Assembly (NCBI GenBank): GCA_051362555.1
Contig: CM120646.1
Span: 22,878,001 to 22,942,000, forward strand
DNA from: Lingula anatina
Lineage: Eukaryota > Animalia > Brachiopoda
Length of the DNA: 64,000 bases
Reading direction: 5' to 3'
The first letter of the stretch is position 1. Every line of letters begins with the position of its first letter. The translations under genes and the position numbers were made by a program. Under the pieces are notes generated by a model that saw only the letters and a program-made list of their open reading frames with translations, was not told the origin of the DNA and did no database searches. Below, in pieces: positions 13,230-25,660 of the stretch.

Positions 13230-16200
13230 ATGGCGTCAATATCGGTTCTGACTTTCAAAACTCTCCTGGCATTATCTGTCATATATGCCTTGGCGGCCCA
13301 ACCTCAACCTCAAGTTACCACGAAAAACGGTGTAATACAAGGAATTGGGACGACAGTAGAGGGACAGTCTGTGAATCAGTTTTTAGGTATTCCTTTTGCT
13401 AAACCACCTGTAGGAGCACTGAGGTTTCTGAAACCACAGCCGCCCTCCAACTGGACTGAAGTTAAGGAGACCACCGCTTTTGGTGCAACGTGTATGCAGA
13501 GTACCACTGACCCTAGTCCTTACGGCGACCAGGTAGTAAGAGAGAGAGAGACAGAGCTAGCATGTCAGCTGTCGCATGTTAATAGTTTTAGAACTTCCTT
13601 AAAATGTTAGTATGATATTTTACTTTAAGATTTCGGATGTTTTACCTTTCTGGTCATATACCTACATCAGTGGATAGGTTTATAGCGTCAACTACATTGA
13701 CGTTTTCATTTCACTCTTGTCAAAACACTTGTCAGTTAAAAAAGACTTGAGTCACCATTTCAACGATCATAGTCCATTGTGTGTAGGCCTTAAACAATGA
13801 CTGCAAAGTCCCTCCAGGAAAGGAAATAAAGGGAAAATTTTGTCAGCGTAGAAGGGTACAGCTCTCTTGAAGCAGGGGCAGATTGAGGCCTTCTTCTGGG
13901 TCTTCCGGAAGACGGTCAGATTTTCAAGTTTACGTTGACGGTAACTATTTTTTCTGTTGGAAGACGGTCAAAAATGGAGGACTGATCAACAAAGAAAATT
14001 TGGAAGATTGTCAGAAAATATCTCTGGACTGCTCCACATTATATCAATGTTATTATCGGTAATTATGCACGTATTACTATTACATTGATTGATTGAAAGC
14101 TCGTGTTTTAGGGAATTAAGCTCCTGAATAACACTGACCAGCGGTAAGCCACATTATCAGCCTAAATATGCAGTGATTAGAAACCATATCTCTGTTATGA
14201 GGGGGCAAAAAGGGACCATTCCCAGACCATATCGTACTAAGTGTGGATCGATCTATCTCAGAGGGGATTTTCGCTTAATTTCTATCAGCTTAGTGGCTTA
14301 AATGGCTGCCAAGCCTACTAAAGCCGCTAGTAGATAATTAACTATCATGTAGCAACTTAAGTAGGCGTGACAGACATCTAAGCCGCTGAAGCTGAAAGCA
14401 ATTTAATGAAAAACCCCTTGGAGACGGATCGATCCTGTTAGATCGATCTAGTCATGGGAACCCAGTCATAGATACGATTTCAGGTCTTTGAATGAAAATT
14501 TAACATATACATGTCAATATCTCCTGTTCAGTGCCAGGCCTTATATAAACGGATTAGACGTCCATATCAAAAGATCTGTGGTTGGTGTCAGAGTAAGTGT
14601 CTTTGAGACCATTCCCACTGATATTTGGATCGATCTATCTCCCTGGGGAGTCTCACTAAATTGCTGTCAACTTGGCCGCTTAAATGTCTGTCACGCCTAG
14701 TAAAGGTGTAAGGGGGTAATTATCTTTACACCCATCTGATTCGGTAGGCGTCACAGACATTTAAGCTTCTTGAGCTGATAGCAATTTATCGTGAACCCCC
14801 AGGGAGTTAGGTCGATCCAGATTGATCGATCTAAGTATGGGAACCCAGCCTTTATGTCATTATGCGATAATGGAATGTTTATTCTTAATTCTGCTGTGTC
14901 ATTTCAATATAGTTTGATTAAGTGAAATATTTGCAGTGCTGAACGCTGCTCATGAACAATATAGGTTAGATAAGACGCGACCTCGTCCCGCAAGCAAAAC
15001 TGGGAAGAGGTCACGTGGTTAGGCAATGTGACGTGGTGCAAGCGTCTCATATCAGGGCGTTGTTCTCCTCTCTTCGTTTAGCAACTTTACTTCTACTAAT
15101 AATCGACACTGCACTTTTATAACATTTTTTGTCCCCACTGTTGAAAGGAATGGTACTATCAAAGAATTTAGACAGTGCACCTGAATCCCGATATTGATTA
15201 ATTCTTACATAACATCCATGTCGGTGTGACAGGAATGGTAGTCCTAGGATTGGAAATCCTGGGTCACGAAACTGAAGGCCCACGAAACTGGACAGAAAGT
15301 CCGCCATATAGTTATAATGGTTAGGGTTAGTTGGGGTTAGAATATGGGACGAATGTCACCTGTAAAAAATAATGGGAAGCGGACTGCGGTTCCCAGCGGA
15401 CTTCATTCCTGTCACACCGCACGTTATAATAATATGGTGAAGTGACCTTATAACACATTACGCAACATCGTCAATAACGAGATTAAGGCACATTTAAAGT
15501 GACCGCGCTGACGCCGATAGCGCACACACTGATCTTAAAGACATATAAAACATGTTAGAATTTATAGAACGGCGGATCAGGTGACCCTCTCCTAGGAATT
15601 TCTCACAAGGATGCGGGCTGCTTATCTTCATTTTTGAAGATAAGCATTTCACTCTTTTGAAAACCATTGAAAAGCTTTATTTGTAGTTTCAATTTTCTGT
15701 TGCCTTTATAAAAATGTAAAAAGAATAATAATAATAAACACTGTTTTCTTAGATGATTAAGGTCATGTCATAAATATATTTTTTTTCATAAAAAACACTT
15801 GAATTATTTGAGGTCTTCACAGTGCACCAGTTAGAAACCTTCACTACACGTGCATAGATGCTGCCTCAAAGTAATTAAAATATTTTTAAAATGTTTCCAA
15901 AGCTAGGTGTGTATTGACTGAACTTATCAACTTATGCAACGTGTAAATCTCCAGCTGATAAAATCGCCAGCGTCTCACTCGGGAGAACATCACTCAACCC
16001 TTAATCCAAAATCTTGTGGTAATATATGAATAAGACCTATATTTGCATTGTTATGCAAATTTAAACATTTATTACAGCACTTGATCGTGTGTCTATTTTT
16101 GTAAAATAAGGTAAAGATAGGCTGAGGGGTACTCTTACGCGTCTTAATCAGGGCTGCTGCGAAAAAAACGGTTTAAGGTTATGCCTCAAATGCGGACAAG

Positions 16201-19200
16201 TTGACCTTAGCAAGTGAAACACGAGAAGTATGAAACATCTTCTTTGGTCCTAGTTCATTTTTGTGAGGAGGTTTGGTTTGTTTCCCATAGAGCAGGGAGT
16301 GACTTATCCTCTACCAGTGCCAAAGATAAGATGTCACTAGATATTCACAGATACACGTCGTCTCTGTGCACTTTACTGCACTGTGACGGGTGATAATTTG
16401 TATATGATTTACGTTATCCCCACCCTGAGCTTCAGAGATAACTTGACACTAACCTCTTCACAATAGCGTATCTTCATCGTGTCAAGTTACCTCTGACGAA
16501 AATAGTTTGACCTAGTTTATATAAGCCAATCGAATCCATGTTTCAAAATTTTTCACCAAAGTTTGGTGAAAACGCTGATTGGTTGACCGTCAATCGGTAA
16601 TCATCGGCTGATTCCGCAAGCTCCATACTAACAACAAAGTTATTGTCGAGTGCGGAGACATCCGAGTAGTGCCGAGTGCATAACCGTGCACAAAGAAAGC
16701 ATGGCGTCTTCTACGAGTGACTACGTAAAATAATGTGTTAAGTTATCTCTTGATTCTTTGCAAAATATGAGTATATCGGAATTGAAACCAGAGCAGTTTG
16801 AGGCCCTGCATCATTATCTACTGAGGGATGATGTATTTTGCGTGCTGCCCACAGGTTACGGCAAGTCCCTGATATTGAGCCTTATCTCTGATTGGTCCGG
16901 ATTTGAACAAAGCGCGCTTTGACTCGTTCACGTTCATTGGCTAGATCGTTCAATGAGTCATTGAGTGCCGGCTTTAAATTTGATTGGCGGGCGGCGGGGG
17001 CAATCGAATGTGGTCAGAGGTAACTTGACACGATGAAGATGGGCTATTGTGAAGAGGTTAGTGTCAAGTTATCTCTGAAGCTCAGGGTGACTTGTCACGA
17101 TGAAGATGGGCTATTGTGAAGAGGTTAGTGTCAAGTTATCTCTGAAGCTCAGGGTGGTTATCCCTAACCTGAACTTAGGTTGAACTTAGGTAGAGAGTAG
17201 AAATAAGACCCCATTCCCACAGATTTTAGATCGGTCTATCCCTGTGGGGAGTCTCACTAGATTACTGTCAGCTTAGCCGGCTGTCCCGCCTACTAAAAGC
17301 TGTAAGGGGGTAATTAACTGTCGTGCGCGCTCGGCTGAGTGCAATTTAGCGTGAACCCCCAGGGAGTTAGGTCGATCCGGATGGACTCTAATTTGAGACT
17401 TAAATCCAAAGTGATGTTATTTTAGCCGATGAATCCTGGTCTGTTTTTGCTAGTCTTTCTTCCGGATGGTGTCCAAAATATAAGTTTGAAAACTGGATGA
17501 TCTAAAGTTAACGCGATGATACGTCATTTGTTAAACCTACCCGGAGTTTTTAAATCAGATACTTTTTTGTCCAAATATGATAAAGACATTTACTTATACA
17601 TAAGCACATAAACTAATTCACGCGGTGTATTTGTTTGTAGCATGTTAGCCACCTTTGATTAAATTTGCGCGTTCCTGGACAATACGTCTACTGCAAAATA
17701 TGTCTGATTTAATTAAGGCAGTGGATCCTTTGGAATCTTGATAGAATTACCGGTATACAGGAAAATGGCACGAAATCACAGCGTTTGTGAGCTTAAATGC
17801 CTGATTGAGGGATAGTGTTAATACAGATGATGATGACTCTCTTTTTCGTTAAAAAGTTTAATTAATTAGCCATTTTAAACGTGTCATGAATAGACAGCGC
17901 CGTTAACTATTCATTCATTAATTCCTTTCTTTAACTCCAGCTGTCTGAAGACTGTCTCACCCTGAATGTGTTCGTCCCCGGGGCTGTAAGCAACACTAAC
18001 AGGAAGGCGGTAATGGTCTGGATATATGGCGGGGGATACACCACCGGAGGAACCAGTCTTTACATCTTTAATGAATTTGGTACGTCACACTATGAGATGC
18101 TTTGATAACGTCACTCTTATTTATAACTTACGGAATGCTGTGCACCTTTTATGAAAGAATGATGCGATTTTTTTCAGTCAGCAGCTTATATTGATATAGT
18201 TTTTACATCCGATATGTCGATGTTGATTTCTGTTGTCTCAACAGAAATTATGGTGTCATCCTCCCTGACCTCTTCCTCCCTTTCCTAAGACAATAGGTAG
18301 GGAGGGGGGCAAGTACATCTCCTGAATAGAGGCTATTCACCTGGATAGCCTCAGTCCCTGAAGAAGGTGTCCTGCTAGACATCGAAATATTGGAGGTAAA
18401 AACTATATCAATATTAGCTGTTGACTGAAGAAAAAAATCACATCATTCTTATAACATAACACAGCTGATAAAATTCTTCTCTGACCTTTTATGTAAGCGA
18501 CTCTTGTCAGTTGACAGGAAACAGAATTAAACTTATATAACACTTAAATTAGTACTACTTTCAGACTGCACGTGTAACAGAGACATTTATTTGTATTAAA
18601 CATTCCAAAATATTACTCATGTCATTAGCGGCCCAGAATGACGTCATCATGGTATCAATCAACTACCGCGTGGGTCCATTTGGATTCTTGACCACTGGGG
18701 ACGCCAACGCTCCTGGTAACGCTGGACTCTGGGATCAAATAGAAGGACTTAAATGGGTGCAAGACAACATAAGAAATTTTGGCGGAGACCCTAATAAGTA
18801 AGTGCTTAACTCACTTTCTTAATCATTGTCAAAAAGTTGAGCTAATGTAAATCAATGGGAATAGTCACATAGTGGATACGTTCTTCGAAACAGTTGGAAA
18901 CTGTCCCAAATAAAAAGAATAAAGAATAACACAGCAAACTGTAGTCAATGGGCCGTCTAGTACATTGCAATGTTGTGTATCTTTATGTGAAATAAGTGTC
19001 AGTTTTTATAAGTAACATTATAAAAAAAGCGATTGAAATTTTATGACCGAATTGTGTCGACTTATTGCGTGTATCCAAATGACTATTCCAGTGTGACAAT
19101 TTTCGGAGAATCGGCAGGTGGCGGTAGTGTTTCACAACTGGCAATGACGGTAGCCTCCAAGGGTCTTTTCTATCGTTTTATATCCATGAGTGGCACCGCT

Positions 19201-20746
19201 CTAAGCGTTTGGGCCTGGGTGAGAGACGGACCTCAGGTCGCTACCAAGGTTGGACAGAATCTTGGATGTAACGCTGCAGCATCGCTGGTGGACTGTCTCC
19301 GTGCAGCCAACGCAACCGCTCTGCTTAGAGCGTCAGACCAGTCATTATTCCCAGGGCGTTTGGCAACTCTTTTTGGCCCCGTTGTCGACGGCGACATGTT
19401 TCCGCGTAGTGTGGAGGAAATGCTGAGGGATCCCAACTCAACTGCGTTGAGACATTTTCTGTCCCTGGACTACATGGGTGGATTCACGGACTCTGATGGT
19501 GGAGTTAACCTCCCTTACATCCCTATCAACATCACTCTAGGTGTTCCGCCCTCTTACATGAAGAATACTTTAATTCCTCAGTTTGCCGCCGGGACTTCCG
19601 CCTACCACAAAGATGAAATAGCACAGAAACTAAGAGAAGTTTATTACAATGCTAGTGTCAGCATGGAAGAGACTGGACGCCTAATGGTCAACCTGTATAC
19701 TGATACCATGTTTTCTGTGCCAACAGTTGGATTCCTCAGAAATCATCTTTTGGCCTCAGGTGGCTCCACCTATCTTTACTACTTCACCAAGGAGCCGTCA
19801 TTCCCGCATCTCCTGCCCGTACCAGCCTGGTTTAAGGGGGTTAACCACGGGGACGAGCTTGCCTTCATGTTAGGACCTGCTAGTGCTTCTCTATTGAACG
19901 TCACCTTCACCGAATTTGAAAAGAACGTTTCCAGAGCTTTTATGACGTATTTTGCAAACTTTGCAAAAACTGGGTAAGTCTGAATACGTAAACTTTGAAG
20001 ACGTATCTAGATATGTGTAGAGATCTAATTCTGTCAGTATTACTGCTGTTCATCTTTCAACGCTTCTTCTTGGAAGGACCTTTGGAAATCAGCAAAAAAA
20101 TGTACAATACTTTATATTGGATTTAGCCACCAAAATTAATTTTCTTTGGGGGAAAATAATTTTTCCTGCTCGCGAAGCATTGTTCAACAGGCCCGTACCC
20201 GTGGATTCGATGTTTTATTCCATTTTAATTGAAGGATTTATTGTTAAACGACTGGTAAATTATTTAGAACGCGATGTCTTCGTGTTCATTCAGAAGAAAC
20301 AGGCGACGTCAGGTACTTTTGTTTGTGGTGTTTACGCATCTAAAGGTCTGAATTGGGAATGATTAGTAGCTTTGCAGGATATTTAGACATAGAAATGTGA
20401 TTTTTGTGAATTTTCAAGCGCGTACAGTGCACCTTTACCTTACGCTTTGCAATATTTGTAACTTTCCAGAAACCCCAACACTCCTGATACTGTACCAAGC
20501 CTATGGCCACAATATACGTATGCGAGAGAAGAGTATTTAGACATCGGTGACGTCATCGTCAATAAAACTGACGTCATACCACGGCGTATTGACCTCTGGT
20601 TAGACACCATCCCTGCGATACTGGCCAAGTCCACCACTTCAGCTCCGTCCACTACTCCGTTGACTAGTGAGGGGGTACCAGTCCAGTTCAGCGCCATGCT
20701 TGCTATCTTTGTTATGTTTAATCATGTCTTGAAGTTGTTTTGTTGA
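13230..20746 (+). CDS. Type-B carboxylesterase/cholinesterase-family protein 2 (589 aa), tandem paralog of 3379-7719
   Basis: Exons 13230-13532, 17941-18079, 18629-18797, 19092-19973, 20470-20746. Internal exon lengths are identical to paralog 1 (139/169/882); GESAG and GVNHGDE are intact. Confidence 0.95.
14212..14466. mobile_element. Palindromic Harbinger-like MITE, copy 1
   Basis: Ends GGGACCATTCCCA...TGGGAACCCAG with internal inverted symmetry (GGATCGATC, TCAGCTT/AAGCTGA). Confidence 0.6.
14605..14850. mobile_element. Palindromic Harbinger-like MITE, copy 2 (partial third copy at ~17207-17380)
   Basis: GAGACCATTCCCA...TGGGAACCCAGCC, internally self-complementary, alignable to the previous element. 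Confidence 0.65.
15222..15419. mobile_element. MITE with 16-bp TIR
   Basis: CGGTGTGACAGGAATG ... CATTCCTGTCACACCG perfect inverted termini; internal GTTAGG repeats. Confidence 0.7.
16421..17156 (+). mobile_element. Non-autonomous DNA transposon (AcademH-like) carrying a RecQ-type helicase N-terminal fragment
   Basis: ~77-bp TIRs starting CACCCTGAGCTTCAGAG; 8-bp TSD GTTATCCC (16413-16420, 17157-17164); right TIR partly duplicated. 16701-16875 reads [57 protein letters not shown] (RecQ motif 0 and Walker A). Confidence 0.75.
18154..18483 (+). mobile_element. Penelope-like retroelement end fragment with inverted arms and a hammerhead-like motif
   Basis: Absent from the paralogous intron; flanked by 10-bp duplication ACCTTTTATG (18144-18153, 18484-18493); inverted arms ~18156-18223 / ~18379-18449; CTGAAGA-A-stem-GAAA at 18358-18387. 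Confidence 0.55.
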
Positions 20747-21487
20747 TGCGCCACTTTTTTATCATTACCGTTACTCCATTACCTTGTTTTAATAACAACG
20801 TTAAAGAAAATATCTACTGAACAAAGAGAGAGAGAGAGATCCGTCTATTTAAAAATGGAATGTTTTCCTCAAACTCGCCAAAATCGCGGCGTTAATAAAT
20901 GTTTAGATTGGACTTTTTCAGTGATACTGCTTTCTTGTATTATCATAAATTGTACCTGAAACATTTGTACGTAATTATAACTAAAATCAGACTTTTCAAT
21001 CAAGCATCATCTACGAGGCTGTCTTGAGAGAACCCGGAACACGGATGTAACTAAATGATTCTTCAAGTATTGGCAAAATTAACCAAACTGATTATTTCAA
21101 AACGTACTAGGAAATTTTAATTTTAGAGGTTTGATTATAGATAAATGATTATAGATGCTTGTGAACTCTTATTTACTAATTTATTGTATCGGTGACGAAA
21201 ATAAATGCTCAATCAAAGAGTTTTCTGTATATGCTAGCTGAATAAAAGGCATCTTTCAGATTTAGCAACGCAACACAGACGTCCCTTTGTATATAGAATC
21301 AGGGGCCTTGATTGTTCTTTGATTCTTTAAGATGAAGGTTAATCGGATTTAAGACAAAGAGAATCTTATTTATAAAAAACGATATTTGTTTTACCTTAGT
21401 CCCCTTTCAAGTCACGTAGCACCAGAGTAAATGTATATATATTTTGTGAATTTCGGAAAATTGTCCTTCAAAACACCCAGTAACAGT

Positions 21488-21574
21488 GCCCGGATAGCTC
21501 AGTCGGTAGAGCATCAGACTTTTAAGTATATTCAAGGTATCTGAGGGTCCAGGGTTCAAGTCCCTGTTCGGGCG
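21488..21574 (+). tRNA. TRNAK-UUU: tRNA-Lys(TTT) with 14-nt intron (21525-21538)
   Basis: Exons GCCCGGATAGCTCAGTCGGTAGAGCATCAGACTTTTA + ATCTGAGGGTCCAGGGTTCAAGTCCCTGTTCGGGCG give the canonical metazoan 73-nt Lys-UUU; intron at 37/38; TTTT terminator. Confidence 0.95.
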
Positions 21575-22638
21575 TGAAGCTTTTGTGACGATTGATAAAT
21601 AGTGTACATGTAGTGTAGTGTATCATGAAAAGATTTTTTTCGAATTACTTATTTTCCATGGTCACTAGTAAAATCCCAAATATCATTTAGTAAATTTGCT
21701 CATTGGCATTGTGTTTCTACTCGTGAGTTCTCGAAACGACCCCCCCCCCATCCCCACCACATCCAGTACTGCGGTCGTTGCGTTAAGAGGTCATCATACT
21801 GGTGCAGGAGGGTGCCTTTATATCTGCCTGTGTCACTTTGATCTGAGACAAATGAAAATGGCCGATGGCATGTCGAAATTTTTCACGGGATTGACAATTT
21901 TGTACTGAATTTGTAACAAATGGTAATATCTACTATCCACCCATCTAAATCTCAGAGGGCCTCTTTGGCTTCGGCCTATTGAACAGCTCCGCCAGAGATA
22001 TAGCTTTGAAAAAGACCCCGATCTCAAAGAAATGCCAGCGTCCCAGACAGTTGACTAGCCATGTGGGACTCAAACAGTCGGACCAGCCCAGGGAGATGCC
22101 ACTTGTAGAGTGCAGTCATCCCAGTGACGTCCAAAAAACCCGACCCCGGCTACCGTCAGGTGATGAGTGTGGACCACGCAAACTAAGAAGACCTACGACA
22201 TGATTGAGGCCACGGAAAGTGACTGATTATCAATGCAAATAGTTAACTGTATACTGGAGCTCGATCACATACATACAAGGTACGATAGGACCTCAATGAT
22301 AGCAACAAACTCTTGTAATAAACAAAATAGCTTTCACGTATGGAAGTTCATTCTGGAATACGGTAGATATAGACCAATAGATTTCAGTAGATCATACAGT
22401 AGTATGACATCCAGAAGTAGACCGTACTCTTCAATTTTATTTTCTCTTTTTGGGGGATTTACACTGTTTTATAAATATAATTATTTGCTGGACACTTTAT
22501 CATAACACAGGATTTAATATGAAAATTAAACAAGAAAATGTTTTGTTAAGATAAGGCACACTGATGCTATATATTAGACCTTTTTAAAAGAGAAGCAAAA
22601 TTTTGAAAACCATTATTTGAATTTCTCTATTGTATCTC

Positions 22639-24682
22639 TTATTTCAATTTGCAAAGATCTTCTCTGTACGTAGACACTTCGTGAATTTCTTTGCTGACGT
22701 CATACCACGAGATGACGTTTCCTCCAAAATTATCGCCACAGTCTGCCACTGATGCCACGTTAACATTGTCGGTGTTCCAAACATTGATGCTAGTGATGTC
22801 ACCAACATAGGCTTGTGTGACTTGAAATCCGCCGCCTATCGTGTCTTGATCTTGTCCAACTATCCAAACTCCATCTTGAAATAAATTGATAAAATATATT
22901 CTTCATGTTTTATATTATTACTTGCGAACAAAAATTTGCAAGTGTTTAGCTTTGCTCCCTTTTGAATTTGTGGTAAATCTCTGTCCAGGCAAAGGATTTT
23001 CAATTTAATTTTTCGTAGATAAATGAAAGACCCAGAATGAACTGATTTGATTTTCTTAAGGATTGTGTCTATTGTTTATAAATAAAAAAATCCTGAAGTT
23101 TTGTAATCATTAAGGCCTGTGATAGAGACCACGCAAATGCCTCTAAGACAATGACCGAATGTTCACAGGCGTGTCAAAATAGTTGTTTTCGTGTATATGC
23201 TGAAAACGATGTTGCAATATCCATTGTAAAGCACTAGCGACCATTAAGCAACAGCAAGGTCATCTAATTTTGTGTGTTTAAGGATAAAACCTTTTGAATA
23301 CACACGAAGCCAGGCACTTTTAAAGCATCACATCAAAATTAATTACTATCCAAATTGGTACGGAATGTAAGAACAAACACTTTCAGCTCTAACTGTATAG
23401 ATATAAACCCAAGTTACCCTTTCTATGGTTGTCATTGATTTATTTACCCAAAAATTAAATAATTAATAAATGAAAAGTATTTTCTTACTTGCTGGTATGG
23501 TTTTGCCCGACTGGTAACCAGTTCCGGCCGCTGCAGGCATGCCATCTTTGTAAACCGTCCACTTCCCACCGCGACTGTTCCAAGAGAAGCACCAGTGGTG
23601 CCAGGCCCCATCATAGATTACTCTCGATACGGATGTTACTCTATATAAGTCAAAAAAAAAGGAGGAGATGGCTCCATTTTTCGTGTACCCAAAGACGAAA
23701 GCGTTGGCGCAAGATCCAGCGGCGTAAGACAGGAGAAATGTACTAATATTATCGTTTCCAGTGAAGGCGGTCTTAGCCCTCAGGCAAGCTGTCAAGGCAG
23801 TCATCGCAGGAGTGGCCGCCTGCAGTTTCACGTAGCTCTTTGTGGTCTGTGGCGATGGCCAGCGAAGGATTGTAGATTTACCTGGAAATAATGAAGGGAC
23901 TTCCGATGCTTTGACAGCTGAATTCGATAAACGACTGATCTACAGTTGTCTCCACTTTTGTCGTGGATCATTTCAATTTTCATGACAATATCTTAGTTAT
24001 ATTTAGTTACAGAGTTACGCTGTAAAACTGCCTCTAAGCTATTTACGAATAAAGCAGCGAAATCGACGGTAAACGCTTAGTAACCCTTTGCGGGGTAGTG
24101 AATAAAGCAACAGAAGGGGGGGGGGGTCTCGTGCTAAAGTGTGCTCGAGGACATGGACTTCATAAAATTTTTCCCTTAAAGTTTGACATGTTTACATTAA
24201 TCTTAATTCACACACACACACACACATACACACACACGCACACACACACGTGTGTGTGTATGTCATACATGTATATTAATAAATGTGGAAAAGTGAATTA
24301 ATGACAGCATTCAAATTATTTCCATGTACGTTGCACTGTCACGTGTTGGCGTTAAATAGAGATTGTAAATCTGCTCTCCCACTTCTGACACCCGCAATTA
24401 TACATGTATATACAAGGAAGTACTGTTATTGTAATATTCTAAGAAATATTTTTATAAACGCTATTAAAACCCATGCATTTTCCTACAATATGTGTACTTT
24501 ACCCTTCGAAACCACCTGTAATTTACCTGTTCATTTCCAGAACTAATTCAGAGCCCTAAGTCCTTTGGACAGTATACTTTTCTAGCATTTATATACTTAA
24601 AGATTGGAGATTCAAGTATTAACTTACCGCCATTGGACAGACCAGTGGTGATAAGTAAAACAGACGCTGTTAAAAGGTGCAT
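22639..24682 (-). CDS. Short secreted pentraxin B (227 aa), inverted paralog of pentraxin A
   Basis: Exons 24682-24628 (MHLLTASVLLITTGLSNG), 23881-23489, 22874-22639; WHHWCFSWNS and VGQDQDTIGGGF motifs; 3' UTR alignable with that of pentraxin A. Confidence 0.9.
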
Positions 24683-25146
24683 GCTTCTTGGTTGACAGAG
24701 CTCCGCCTAAGTTTCTCTAAACAGACGAAGGACTACTGGTATATCCGAGTGTAAATTGTCACTTATATCTGTTATTCTGCCCTGTTGCTTGGAATAACAT
24801 TTGTCTGGGAATACAAACAGACAGAAGAATGGATGTATCGTCTGATAGGAGGAACCTGAGCTGATAACAACGGAATCCTATACCTCACATCCTGTTTAAA
24901 GAACAACACAAAGCCATTTTAACTATTTTTAGCAAGATCTATTAAGGTACCGAAGATGAGACGATTGCACTTCACATATACGTATTACCAACTCACAGTG
25001 ACGTTCATGTACGATGTATGGGTAAAGTAAGAAATTGGGAATAAAAAATTACACACAGAGGGTGTGCACATTTACCATGCCTCAACTTTATCTTAAAGGT
25101 GTTTCCCGGGAATTTAATCCAAATATACTGTTTGAAATGTTTACAT

Positions 25147-25180
<34 letters not shown>

Positions 25181-25570
25181 GGTTTAATTGTATAGCATGC
25201 TGTTTTATGTTTTATGATTTCCAATCATAGTCTTATCTGAACTAGTCGCACATTGGAACACGATCGTAGACTTACTTTTAGTAACGCCTGCATTTCACAA
25301 TACAAAATGCTGTTTCGTAGCTCAACTCCATACAATTAATGGCAGCATGATTGTTTTGCTATCAGTTGTTTTTTAATTGTTTGCTGCTTTTATATTTATT
25401 AACTTTGCATCATGCTTCGAGTATAATGCAAAATAGATTTCATTTTGGACAAAGATCAGTCATACGTGACATATATTGGCCGAACAACAAAATAGTTTAC
25501 TTCCCTCAACATCTTTTTCAAAGAAGCATTTTCTGAGGCCGTCAAAATGGGAATAGTACTTTCTTCTATC

Positions 25571-25660
25571 GCCTCGGTAGCGTAGTAGGCAGCGCGTCAG
25601 TCTCATAAATAATTCACCAGAGTCATCTGAAGGTCGTGAGTTCGATCCTCACCCGGGGCA
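25571..25660 (+). tRNA. TRNAM-CAU: tRNA-Met(CAT), elongator type, with 17-nt intron (25608-25624)
   Basis: Exons identical to 12132-12221; intron AATAATTCACCAGAGTC differs in sequence; TTTT downstream. Confidence 0.93.
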
